Positions 29,346-40,164 of a stretch of 64,000 nt of DNA are shown piece by piece. This stretch comes from a virus. Made by a program: the position numbers and the translations under genes. Within the stretch, counting starts at the first letter, position 1; the number at the start of each line of letters is the position of its first letter. The stretch spans positions 46,974 to 110,973 of IMG/VR virus record IMGVR_UViG_3300027770_000039. The stretch is one strand, 5' to 3'. The notes under the pieces were generated by a model. That model made no database searches. It was not told the DNA's origin and saw nothing but the letters and a program-made list of their open reading frames with translations.

Positions 29346-31973
29346 ATGAACGATTATCTAGACTATATGGACGAAATCTACGAGGAACTCGTAGAGGAAT
29401 TCGGACACGAAATTGAGTCCGTGTGTGAGCATAATCACACTAACGCCTAACGGCGTGTCGCTTGATAATGTCAGTCTAATCTGATAGTCTTGCGACATAC
29501 AAATTAAATAAAGAATTAGAGCGTGAGCCTAGCAAATAATCCGAAAGGTGAGCCTAGCAAATAACCGCTCAATAACCAACTAACAACTAACGAAAAGGAT
29601 AGAAAATAAAATGACAATAACATACTCAATATGGGACGGCGCTCAACTACTAGGCGTTGATTTCAAGGCTACTAGCGCCGATGAAATGAATAAGGTCGTA
29701 GCAGACCTACAAAAAGTTTCTAAAAATGTTGTAGCACATATGCGAAAGGTGGAAATGTAATGATGACTAAATGGGATACTATTCAGGCAGATGTAAGCGA
29801 TGCTTATGCTTATCTTGATGAAGAAGAAGCCTATAATAAGGCACTAGAAGAAGGCTTAGTAATAGGCTCTACCGAATATGACGAAGATGAATTATCTAAA
29901 TCATTAACATTAGATTGGGAGGCATACGAATAATGAACTTAGAATTGTTATTAGATAGCGAATACTTTTCGCTATACATTAACGGGCTTTGGCCTAATGG
30001 TGTCGGTATAGATATCCCGACATGGCTACTAGTTGGCTCTATTGCTTTTGTTTATTCTATCGTATTACTTAGAAGAGATAAATGAAATCACAATTAGAGA
30101 AAGAAATCGAAATAAAAGAAAGTTTCGACCAGATGTTAGATGATAGTTATCCCGATGTAAAAATCGGATACTCAACATTTACCGCCTCCGAAATACTTTT
30201 TAATTGCGACCCTATCGCTTACCAAATGGGATTAGTAGAGCATGAAGATTATTTAGCAGAAATGGAAAATGAATAATGGAAAACGGCGCAGATAAGTTAG
30301 CTAACCAATTTAAAAATTCGGTTGAGTTAGATCACCTAACCGAAATACAATTAAAAATGGTTGAAGAAATTTTACTAAATAAATTTGGTAAAAAAATAAA
30401 ATAAATAACGGCGTGTCGGCTTGACAAAATCGGAAGCGCCCACAAAAGCTGTGGGGGCATTTTGTGATTTAAGACACACTATAAAAAAACCCCGAATCCT
30501 GCGGCGTGTCGATTTGACAGACAATTCGGACATTTAGGTGTGATTAACAACACACTGCTTGAGCGTCTCATTATTTGGAATTACTGGAAAGTAACATGAA
30601 ATTGTCGGTGGCTTCCGCTATAATTGCGGTATAACGAAAGGAAGTGGCTAACAATGGCTAACTTATACACAATAGAAAACTTGCTAATTGGCAAGACTTA
30701 CAAATCAACAACTTTGCGTGGAGAAATTATCTCAGCAGAGAAATCTCCTCACCCAATTTGGTATGGTGATAATACCGAAGCCTATTTGGTAGAAATTAAC
30801 GCTGGAACTTTCCGCAATAAATTCCGCACAATAGCGGTGAAAGTTGGTGAGTAATAATGGGATACATTGAAATTTTCACCATGAATTCTGAGGGTGCTGG
30901 GTGGCTTGACCTCTCAGATATTCCCGCCGAAACTTTATTAGAATTGGAAATCGGATTATTTCAGGAAGGTGCGCTCTAGGGCGTGTCTATCCCGAAATTG
31001 TCGGTGGCTTAGGCTATAATTACATTAACAACAACGAAAGGAAAACTAAAGTGGGAAATATACTAGAAATACTTGCCGTATCTTGTGATGAGTGTGGCGG
31101 TGCTGGCTTCGTATTTTGGGGCGATGAAAACAATTACGATGTAGAGAGTTGCGATTGCGCTCTAGAAATGTGGGGTATCTAATGTATAGACTAGATACTT
31201 ACTATGATGGCGAATTAGAATATACACACAAATTCGCTGACGCATTACAAGCATTTGAGGCTTTTGCAAAATGTTATGATGTCGGATTTGCTAAAGAATT
31301 CGCAACATATAATTTATCTTTGCCAACGGGCAAAATGTATACTAAAAACTTTAATCGGATTGGATTGGTGTCGCAGAAATGATGACCCGAAAAGATTATA
31401 TTGCTACTGCTGAAATATTAAAATATATTAGCAATAAAACTCACCCTGCTGTTTTTTCTAAAACCGTTCATGACTTTGCGGAGATGTTTGCAAAAGATAA
31501 TGAGCGATTTGATGTAACAAAATTTCATGAAGCGAGTGGGTATCGTGTTCCTAACTTCTCTTCAAAATAAAGTAAAACGAATTCAGGAATTGCGCCGTAG
31601 TAATGCGGCGCAACCTGTTCGCAATAAAAAAAAATACACACGCAAAATAAAACATAAAAAATCTGATCTAATTTAATTGTGGATAGCTAACAACGCGGTC
31701 GGGCGTGTCGCGCCCACAAGGGTGCGGGGTCGGGCGTGTCCTTAAGAGTGTGATTAAAAACACCCTGAAAGCTGGGGTGTTTTGTAATAAATGTCAGTCA
31801 ACCCTGATATACTATCAACTCAAACAACGAAAGGTCAACTCATGAATGATATTAACTCATGCTACTGTACTAACTATTCTATTTGCACAATTTGTGTAAT
31901 GGGATATTACCGTGATGAAACATTCGACTATATGGAAACACGTATGGCCGATGCGGAAATGGGGGATTTATAA
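29346..31973 (+). CDS. Array of small early-type ORFs (29346-29450, 29611-29760, 29760-29933, 29933-30085, 30082-30276, 30654-30854, 31051-31182, 31182-31382, 31379-31570, 31842-31973)
   Basis: Each follows an RBS or couples via TAATG/ATGA. Many are acidic; 31051 has CxxCxGxG. Confidence 0.65.
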
Positions 31974-32002
31974 TGTCGGACCCAACTGTTATAATTACTC
32001 CC

Positions 32003-32722
32003 ATGAAATTAAAAAGATCTAATGATCGCAAAGTCGCTAACCTTGTTACAAAGAATGGCAAGCAAGCAGCAATTGCTAATACTTTTGGCCTGCCTGCAGG
32101 TAAGTCATACTCATGCCCTGGCGCAACTACTATTTGTGAGACTGTTTGCTATGCGGGAAAATTAGAAAAACTTTATAAGGCTGTTAAGGCTAATCTGCTG
32201 CACAATTGGGAATTGTTACGCAATGCGGATAATGACACAATGGTGCGTTTATTGGATGAGATGATCATAGAATTTGTTGCCGATTGTGATAAGAAGAATG
32301 CGCCTAAGTTATTCCGTATCCACTGGGATGGCGATTTTTTTAATGATACTTATACCTATGCCTGGAAGACTATTATCGAAAAGCATTCCGATATTCAATT
32401 TTGGGTGTACACGCGGGTAAAAGACGCAGCGCTTATTCTAAAAGATATATCTAATCTATCTTTATATTATTCTACGGATGATGATAATAAAGAGATCGGC
32501 CATGAACTAAAAGTAAATGAAGGAATTCGCCTTGCTTACTTAGGAAAGACTTTTGCGCTTACCGAAAGTACAATGAAAGAATTGACGGGTAAGCCTGGCG
32601 CTAAATGTCCTGAGAATATGAAAAGTATTCCGCTTATCTCAAGCGCAGGCAGTGCGTGTGTATCATGCGGCTTATGTGTTTATGGTAAAGCAGATATTAG
32701 ATTTAGTGCTAGTAAAAAATAA
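32003..32722 (+). CDS. GP88-family protein (radical-SAM-like Cys motif)
   Basis: FGLPAG..SCPGAT..C...CYA, FRIHWDGDF, FWVYTR; leaderless start 7 nt after TATAAT. Confidence 0.75.
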   Translation: MKLKRSNDRKVANLVTKNGKQAAIANTFGLPAGKSYSCPGATTICETVCYAGKLEKLYKAVKANLLHNWELLRNADNDTMVRLLDEMIIEFVADCDKKNAPKLFRIHWDGDFFNDTYTYAWKTIIEKHSDIQFWVYTRVKDAALILKDISNLSLYYSTDDDNKEIGHELKVNEGIRLAYLGKTFALTESTMKELTGKPGAKCPENMKSIPLISSAGSACVSCGLCVYGKADIRFSASKK

Positions 32723-33016
32723 ACAGAAAAGGTATAATATACTATGGAATTAATTGGAGCGCTAATTGGATTCTTTTTTGTTTTGTTTTTAATTTTTCCC
32801 CCTTTAATTTTTTTATTTGTTTTATTATATACAAAACCTGATATAGATAACAACGGGCTTAGCGGGGAACAATAGCGCCGAAGCTGCGCCCACAAGGGTA
32901 CGGGGTCGGGCGTGTCGTTACGGGTGTGATGTAAAACACCCCGAAACCCTACAGATATGTAAAGAATTGTCGGTGTATTGTGGTAAAATACTCTTATCCA
33001 ACAACGAAAGGCTCTA

Positions 33017-34806
33017 ATGAAAACACTAGAACACTCTCTTAGATTTATTACAGAGTTAGATGAAACTAATCCAACCGCACAACGATTACTAGCATTAGAT
33101 ACAACTACGCAGGCACTATTATTAGAAGCCATGCTACACAATTTACTTGTTCCTGATATTATGCCACTTATAGATAATCTAAACTCAGGCAATTCTTACG
33201 CAACACTAAAGGTTGTGAAATAATGTTAGCAACTGCCATCGGAATACTTGACGCAACCAAAGATAGTATTTTTGACGATGAAATTATGGGATTAGCAGGC
33301 GAACTCCATGAACGCAGAAATGAACTATCAGATGAAACTTTTGCTAAGTATTTATTTATGTATTCCACAGCCCTATCTAGCAAAGTAGCCGACCTAGTAA
33401 CTAAGGTCTGCCTAAGCAAAGAGGAAATGTCGGTGCTATGCGCTACAATAGACGAAATGGACAACCTATCAGAAACTATACTAGAAGAGGATAAATAAAT
33501 GGGAAGCATAACAGCACTAGGAATACAGGATACAGTTTTGGATTTAGAAACACAATTACTCTATCACTTAAAGGGTAATCATTACCCTCCCGTTCCAGCT
33601 GAAATGGTAAAGCCTTGTATAGATGCCATTGACGCATACTACGATAATGATTTTGATCGAGAGATAGATATGCCTAAAGTAAATGATTTTCAGATTACCT
33701 ATAAGGGAAGCCTTACCGCACCAGCGTGGGCTATCGTAGAGCAACACCACCTAGAGTTTTGGCTGCCTGAATGTGATTAACCTCACACAATAACTTTCTC
33801 AAATAATGAGATGCGGATACTAAATGTCGGTGGTGTCCGCTATAATACTACTAACAACAAACGAAAGGAAACAAATGACCAACTCAACACTAGAGGTCGG
33901 ACAGACCTACACAACTACAACCAGTAATGTTGTAGGTATTATCAAAGCAATAGACAACCACCCAAGCGGTGTAAGTCGTATCTTGCTTGATGTAAATGGC
34001 AAAGAGCGTTGGACAAGTCTAACTAACTAAGCGTAAGGCGGATACCGCTTGTCGGTGGTATCCGCTATAATAAACCCACCTAACGAAAGGAAACACAAAT
34101 GGCAAGAGGCAAAGCAATACAGGTAAAAATACCTACTGCTAAGGTTATCAAAGCCTTAGAAACAAGATTAGCCAAACTAGAGGCTGATTACACAAAGCAA
34201 GATGAAAATGAAGCAAAGTTCCAAAAGAAATTGGAAGCATGGAAAAAAGATATTGGGAAGTGGGCTATTGCTAATTTCTCAAAGGCGCAAGACCTACGCA
34301 CCAACTATCGCCAATGGAACAAAACTCTCAATGTTGATTTTGATATTGTAGTAAGCGAAAAGGATTTTCCTGCTGAACCAGTAAAGGACTACGAGCAAAT
34401 CCATCAGCACTCTTATCGTGAGATGAAAGACGAAATGGAAAATGCTATCCGTATTCTTAAAATGACCGATGAGGAAACAGTTAGCGCAAGCACCTATAAC
34501 GCTATTGCTCGTTATCTCTAAATAACAGATGGGGGCTAGACAAAATCTAGCCCCCTATGTTATACTTTTTATCCCTACTAACAAAGGAACAAAATGCGAT
34601 ATAGATTAGAAATCTATGATGCTAATAAATCTCACGACATTTCCATACCACTTGCTGAAAGTATCAACTATCCAAAAATTGCTAACATAGTTAAGCAAAA
34701 TATAAAAAACTTTCAGGGTGATGTAAAAGCATATGTATTTGATGTAACTAATAATAAAAAGATCACAGCGGCGTATTTCCCAGAAGAAATTCATTCACTA
34801 ATCTAA
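33017..34806 (+). CDS. Small early ORFs (33017-33223, 33223-33498, 33499-33780, 33875-34030, 34099-34521, 34594-34806)
   Basis: ORF track plus AAAGG-type RBSs and stop/start coupling. Confidence 0.7.
34531..34555 (+). terminator. Hairpin GGGGGCTAGA-CAAAA-TCTAGCCCCC
   Basis: Perfect inverted repeat after the stop at 34521. Confidence 0.6.
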
Positions 34807-34810
34807 AGCT

Positions 34811-34840
34811 TGGGGCGGGTTTTTATGTTTTCCCGCCCCA
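34811..34840 (+). terminator. Hairpin TGGGGCGGG...CCCGCCCCA
   Basis: Inverted repeat after the stop at 34806. Confidence 0.6.
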
Positions 34841-34982
34841 TCTTCCCATGCGCCCAACCTTGGGGACTTATCCACAGCCTTACGGAAATCTGTGGAAAAC
34901 CCCTGAAACCTGATGTAAAATAAGATAGACAATGTCAGTGCCAACTGTTATAATAAACCTAACAAACAAACGAAAGGATAAA

Positions 34983-35990
34983 ATGGCTCATAATCTAGAA
35001 GTGCAAGATGGTGAAGTAGCATTTGCGTTACGTGGCGCACCTGCTTGGCACAATCTTGCAAATCGCATTTTCGCTCAAGATGAAAATGTAACTACCGCAA
35101 CAATGCTTGAAGAAGCAAAGTTAAATAACTGGAATGTTCGCTTGTCGGACGTTGCAGATCACATCCCTAACACATGGAGAAATACATCAGATAATTTCTA
35201 TGTGATTCGTGATAACCCATTTGATCAAGGCACTGATGTTCTATCAGTTGTTGGAAAGCGATACAAGACTGTTCAGAATGAAGAGTTATTTCAATTCGCC
35301 GACAACGTTTTAGACAATGGCGATGCAAAATGGGAATCTGCTGGCTCAATTAAAAAGGGCAAAGTTGTATTCGGCTCATTGGATATTCCTCGTGAAATCG
35401 TATTAGACCCACAAGGTGTTAACGATAGAACTAAGTTATATTTAATCGTATGGACATCACACGACGGCTCAGTTGCCGTTCAAGCAGCAATCACACCTGT
35501 TCGTGTTGTCTGCCAAAATACTCTTAACCTTGCAATGAAGGGCGCTAAGCAATCTTTCAAGATTCGCCACACACAAACTGCTGAAGGCAGAATTGTGCAA
35601 GCCCGTCAAGCATTGGGATTAACATTTGCGTATGCAGATGAATTTCAAAAGCAAGCACAAGAGTTATTTACTCAATCAGTTACCGATAAGCAATTCTCGG
35701 ATTTGATTCGCAATCTATACCCAAAGCCTGAGTCAGATGTTAAAGGCGCATTGAAGAAGTGGGAGAATAAGGTTGTTCTAATTGATGACCTTTATCATAA
35801 CTCACCAACTAATTCTACAATCAAGGGAACTGCTTGGGGTGCATTTAATGCACTAACTGAGCGTTTAGATTATTACCGCACATCACGCACTGGTAATACT
35901 GAATCGCTAAATGCTGGCGCAAGTGGGTTCGACCCAATTTTAACTGCAGAGAAAAATAAAATTCTCAAAGCAGTTAAAGCCTTAGCCTAA
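34983..35990 (+). CDS. DUF932 family protein
   Basis: AWHNL, VGKRY..VQNEE.F, TSHDGS, TPVRVVCQNTL, IRHT, GTAWGAFNALTE. Confidence 0.85.
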   Translation: MAHNLEVQDGEVAFALRGAPAWHNLANRIFAQDENVTTATMLEEAKLNNWNVRLSDVADHIPNTWRNTSDNFYVIRDNPFDQGTDVLSVVGKRYKTVQNEELFQFADNVLDNGDAKWESAGSIKKGKVVFGSLDIPREIVLDPQGVNDRTKLYLIVWTSHDGSVAVQAAITPVRVVCQNTLNLAMKGAKQSFKIRHTQTAEGRIVQARQALGLTFAYADEFQKQAQELFTQSVTDKQFSDLIRNLYPKPESDVKGALKKWENKVVLIDDLYHNSPTNSTIKGTAWGAFNALTERLDYYRTSRTGNTESLNAGASGFDPILTAEKNKILKAVKALA

Positions 35991-35996
35991 ATAAAT

Positions 35997-36019
35997 GGGG
36001 CCCGAAAGGGCCCCGTTTC
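35997..36019 (+). terminator. GGGGCCC-GAAA-GGGCCCC hairpin
   Basis: GNRA hairpin plus T tail after the DUF932 stop. Confidence 0.65.
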
Positions 36020-36021
36020 TT

Positions 36022-36095
36022 GGTCCATTAGCTCAGCTGGTTAGAGCGCTACCCTGTCACGGTAGAGGCCGACGGTTCAAGTCCGTTATGGATCG
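36022..36095 (+). tRNA. tRNA-Asp (GTC)
   Basis: Acceptor GGTCCAT/ATGGATC, anticodon arm CTACC-CTGTCAC-GGTAG, TTCAAGT T-loop. Confidence 0.9.
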
Positions 36096-36099
36096 CAAA

Positions 36100-36173
36100 G
36101 TGCCATTAGCTTAGTTGGTTAAAGCCCCGAACTCATAATTCGGTAATCGTAGGTTCAAGTCCTACATGGCACA
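36100..36173 (+). tRNA. tRNA-CAT (Ile2 or elongator Met)
   Basis: Acceptor GTGCCAT/ATGGCAC; CCGAA-CTCATAA-TTCGG; C4:G69 and C5:G68 as in Ile2. Confidence 0.85.
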
Positions 36174-36296
36174 CAAGCTGCGCCCAACCTTAGAGGCTCG
36201 ATCAACGCTTTACGGGTGTTATATAAAATCCCCCAAAACCTATTGCAAATGTCAGTAGCCTCTGCTACAATTACGACATTCAACGAAAGGAATAAT

Positions 36297-37070
36297 ATGC
36301 CAAATTGGGTATATAACACATTAACGATACAAGGTCCAAAGTCTGAAATTGATTCTATTAAGGATAGACTTAATAAGCCGTTTACTTTAGCACAAGAGAA
36401 TCATGGTATGGGAGATATTACTCCTAATGGTTTCCCCACCAAAATTAAAGAGGTTACTTATAGTAATCCTGTTTTTGCTTTCTTTAATATCCACTCATAT
36501 AAAGATGAAGGTATTACTGATGAAGAGTATGCCTGCCAGCCTGACCGTTCAGGTCTTGACTTAAATGACCCTGATTGGTTCCGCAAATCTGTTGAGTTTG
36601 CTAAGACTCAGAAAGATTGGTATTCATGGAATCAATCTAACTGGGGAACTAAATGGGATGTAGCCGTATCAGATGATGACAAATATCCTGAAACCGAATT
36701 GCTTGAACACAAGTCTGAAGGTGATGATAACTGGCTTCTATATAAATACGAGACTGCTTGGTCACCTGCTGTAACTATCTTAACTAAACTATCTAATCTT
36801 GTTCCGAACTCCCTTCTCACATTAGAGTTTGAGGAAGAGACAGGCTGGGGTGGGGAATATGAGATTGTTCGTGGCGAAGTAAAAGAATTGGCAGAATGGG
36901 ATAACCGTTGCTATGCTTGCCAATCTTATGACACATTAAGTTATTGTGAAAATGACTGTGGCGAATTCTGTTCATCTTGTAATCAAGGCTCATGGCAGGA
37001 TGCAGAGGCAATGGAAAAATGTCAGACCCACATGGTACTATTAACCACTACCGAAACGAAAGGAAACTAA
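36297..37070 (+). CDS. DUF1281/YubB ferredoxin-like domain protein
   Basis: MPNWVYN, NWGTKWD, ETAWSP; C-terminal Cys cluster. Confidence 0.75.
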   Translation: MPNWVYNTLTIQGPKSEIDSIKDRLNKPFTLAQENHGMGDITPNGFPTKIKEVTYSNPVFAFFNIHSYKDEGITDEEYACQPDRSGLDLNDPDWFRKSVEFAKTQKDWYSWNQSNWGTKWDVAVSDDDKYPETELLEHKSEGDDNWLLYKYETAWSPAVTILTKLSNLVPNSLLTLEFEEETGWGGEYEIVRGEVKELAEWDNRCYACQSYDTLSYCENDCGEFCSSCNQGSWQDAEAMEKCQTHMVLLTTTETKGN

Positions 37071-37071
37071 C

Positions 37072-38518
37072 ATGGAAGACACATACGGAGCAACAGTAAC
37101 ACCTGCTGTACCTGCTACATACAATCCTAGTGCACTTGTGCAATACAAGTTTATTGAAGGAGAAAATGTAACATATCCAATTGCTAAAGTTACAGACTTA
37201 GAATGGGACCTAGAACAAGGTCGACGTTCTCGTGATAACTTTAACGAACTTAAAGGTACAGTTAATGAATTAGAAGAACTTCTAGTTGAACTGTATAATC
37301 CTAATTATACAAAAGAAGAAGCGCTGCAACAAATTGCAGAACTATTTGGATTTGAACTATCAAAGACAGTTACCATAACTGGAACTATTAACTTTGAAGT
37401 AATAATGCAAGTACCACTTGATGAGGTTGAAGATTTTGATGCTCATTACAAACTTGGCGATGAACTTTCTTTAACATCTTACAATGGCGATGTTGAAGTT
37501 AATGATTGGTCAATCGAAAGCACAGATGTGGATTGGAACTAATGTACTTTGAACTTACCGCACCCGATAGGCTGTCAATGGAGATGGCCTATTGGGATGC
37601 ACAAATAATCGGACTAGACCCAACTGCAATGTCACCGTTGACTTTCAATGTTGGAACTGGTAGTATTGAGAAAGTAAGTAAGATTCGTGACAAGTATAAT
37701 TTAACTGAAAGTTATACCTCAGACTACGAACCTACTGGATACACTAGGAGATAATATGTCAGATTACAAAGATGGTTTTGACGACGGGTATAAATTTGCT
37801 CGTGAAGAGATTATCGAAAAGCTATCAGAGATTGATATTAATGATATTGATTCCTGGATTTTAGATCGTCTAGCAGAAATGATGGAAGGTAATCAACTGT
37901 GATGGCTGAAGATGTATCCCCAGTTTATTATTGCGATAGCTGCAGCGTAGCCCGTGCATCATATCTAATTAAACTATTAGATGGTGAACTGGCATTTTGC
38001 ACACATCATTATAATAAATCTAAAAAGGCCCTTGACGAAAAGGCCTATGAAGTGGTAGAATTAAATAAAACGGAAGAGTCACCTAAACTAAAAGAAATGG
38101 CGGAATAGCAATGGGAGATAGAGCAAACTTTGGATTCGTTCAACCGAACGGACAAACAATTGTATTATACGGTCACTGGGCAGGACATCAAATGCTAGGT
38201 AAATTAGCGGACGCTGTCATTGCTGCGAGACCACGCTGGAATGATTCATCATATGCAACACGTATCGCTATTAGCAATATCATTGCTGATCAGTGGAATA
38301 TGGAAACTGGATGGGGCCTATACGTAAATGAGATTGGCGACAATGAACATAAGATTGCCATCATTGATTGGGACCAGCAAACATTCAGTCTTCATGAGCA
38401 TACGGATGCACGAGATCCTTTAAACAAAGTCCGTGGCATGAATAACAAAGCGCTCTTCACAATGGACCTAACTTCATTCTGTGAGAAGTATGCATTGGAA
38501 AGATTACTAGTAGTTTAA
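37072..38518 (+). CDS. Operon of hypothetical proteins (37072-37542, 37542-37754, ~37756-37902, 37899-38108, 38111-38518)
   Basis: Tightly coupled ORFs; 37899 has CxxC..FCxHH. Confidence 0.65.
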
Positions 38519-38527
38519 ATTTAGAAG

Positions 38528-38643
38528 AACGAATGGTGCATCTCCTTTAGATGCTAAGTAAGGCAGGCTTTCCTTTCGTTGAGGTCCTAGCAGCCATTCA
38601 TCCTAAACCCCTATGACCCTTCTGGCATGGGGGTTTAGCTTTG
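38528..38643 (+). ncRNA. Candidate structured sRNA with anti-RBS loops, ending in a terminator
   Basis: Closing stem GAATGG/CCATTC; hairpin loops CCTTT and CCTTTCGTT; terminator CTAAACCCC/GGGGTTTAG. Confidence 0.6.
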
Positions 38644-38809
38644 CGCTCACGGGTGAGGGTAGCATATGCTCTTTACGGAAGTCAAATTTATTTTCCTGAA
38701 ATCCTAGCATATGGACAAAGCTGGGCTCATGTGGTGTGAATCACACGGATATAGCCTATACAATGTCAGTGGTATGTTATATAATTAAGGTCCTAGCGAA
38801 AGGAAATAT

Positions 38810-40038
38810 ATGTCATTCTTGGAGAATGAAAACCAAATGGTGATAGACGCAGAATATTCTTATATTGGAGAACAACTGGTCGAAGACTGGACTAACTCTA
38901 ATTTAGATGAAGGTCAACTATTTGCAGATTTTAGATTTGCTGAAATGTGTGAGAGTAATTATCTAAAGGGTAGATTTAATCAGTTTTATGATTTAAAACC
39001 CGAAGACCAATACTATGTAGAATGGGATGAGGAAGCATAATGTTAGGTTATACATATAAAGATATACAAGCATTTGGTAATAGTCTTACTTGGGCTATTG
39101 ATACCGCCAAATCTCAGGGTGAAGAACAACAGTATAAACAATTATTAATTGTATGGGATTTTTTTGAAGGTCTACTAGCAGAAGGGTATATAGATGAGAA
39201 CACATACTACGGATAAGTTAATAGAATATATGAATATTCATTTAATTAGTCTTAATCAAGACTTAGATAAGGATTTGAATGTTGAATCTAAGATAAATAT
39301 CCAAGGACAAATTATGGCTATAGAACATCTATTGGAGGTATATAATGAGTTATAAGGATACTCTATTGGAACCCCGCCTTCAAAAACTGGTGGACCTGGG
39401 GGAATCAGGCACTGACATTCTGCACGGGGAATTAAAGAACCTTATGCTGGAAGCAGAGACTCAGCTTGATTATGCTACCAAAGCTGAGGAAGAATCAGAG
39501 GAAGCAATGGACTCTATGGAAAGAAGGTATTGGGAAGGCCAACTAGAGGCATTGACAGAATGCTATATATTGACGTATAATTTAACCTTCGCCATAAATG
39601 AAAGGATTATATCCCGTGGATGACATTCAGTATGACAGAGGACAAAAAATTAAAATGCAGTTGGACCAAATGGTCAATACTTTAAATGGCATGGATGTTT
39701 CATTGTCACTAGTATGGCTTTGGACATGGGATTTAATTAGAGATAAATATGATCAATACTCTAAGGACGATCTTTATAGCGATTTAACAATTACTGATGG
39801 GACAACCCTTGATACTATCTGGGATAAATTATGGTCTCAGGTTCCCGCCTCATTTACTCTGGAGTATGGCGCAGAGTACATAGATGAGGCTATAACAGAC
39901 TGGATGTTAGACAACGGCTTCCTTACTGTGCTAGATGATGACGGCTGGCTGAATGACGATGAAGACATAGTAGATCTAACTGCAGAGGAAGAGACAGCAA
40001 TGATTGAAGGATTAGTTAATCTAAACGAGATCCCATAA
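38810..40038 (+). CDS. Acidic small ORFs (38810-39040, ~39039-39218, ~39188-39344, 39345-39623, ~39616-40038)
   Basis: Coupled ORFs downstream of the promoter at 38764. Confidence 0.6.
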
Positions 40039-40164
40039 ACTTGTGGGCAAGGGGGCATAGCATAGTTTTTACGAGGCTATATACAAATCCCCCAATTTAT
40101 GATAAAATATAAGAAAAGCTTTCTGATCTTCAAGGCGGAGCTCAGATTTATCGAAAGGCAACAA

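Larger units (their letters stand above)
29274..38785 (+). promoter_or_regulatory. 12 copies of promoter motif TGTCRGT-N9-TANNNT
   Basis: TGTC starts at 29274, 29469, 30603, 30999, 31792, 31974 (TGTCGGA), 32968, 33825, 34050, 34933, 36250, 38764; the spacer is always 9 nt. Confidence 0.85.

Noticed and set aside
38520-38585. Minus-strand gene using AACGAAAGGAAAG or AAAGGAG as its RBS
   Set aside because: No properly spaced start codon; the adjacent ATG opens only 6 codons.
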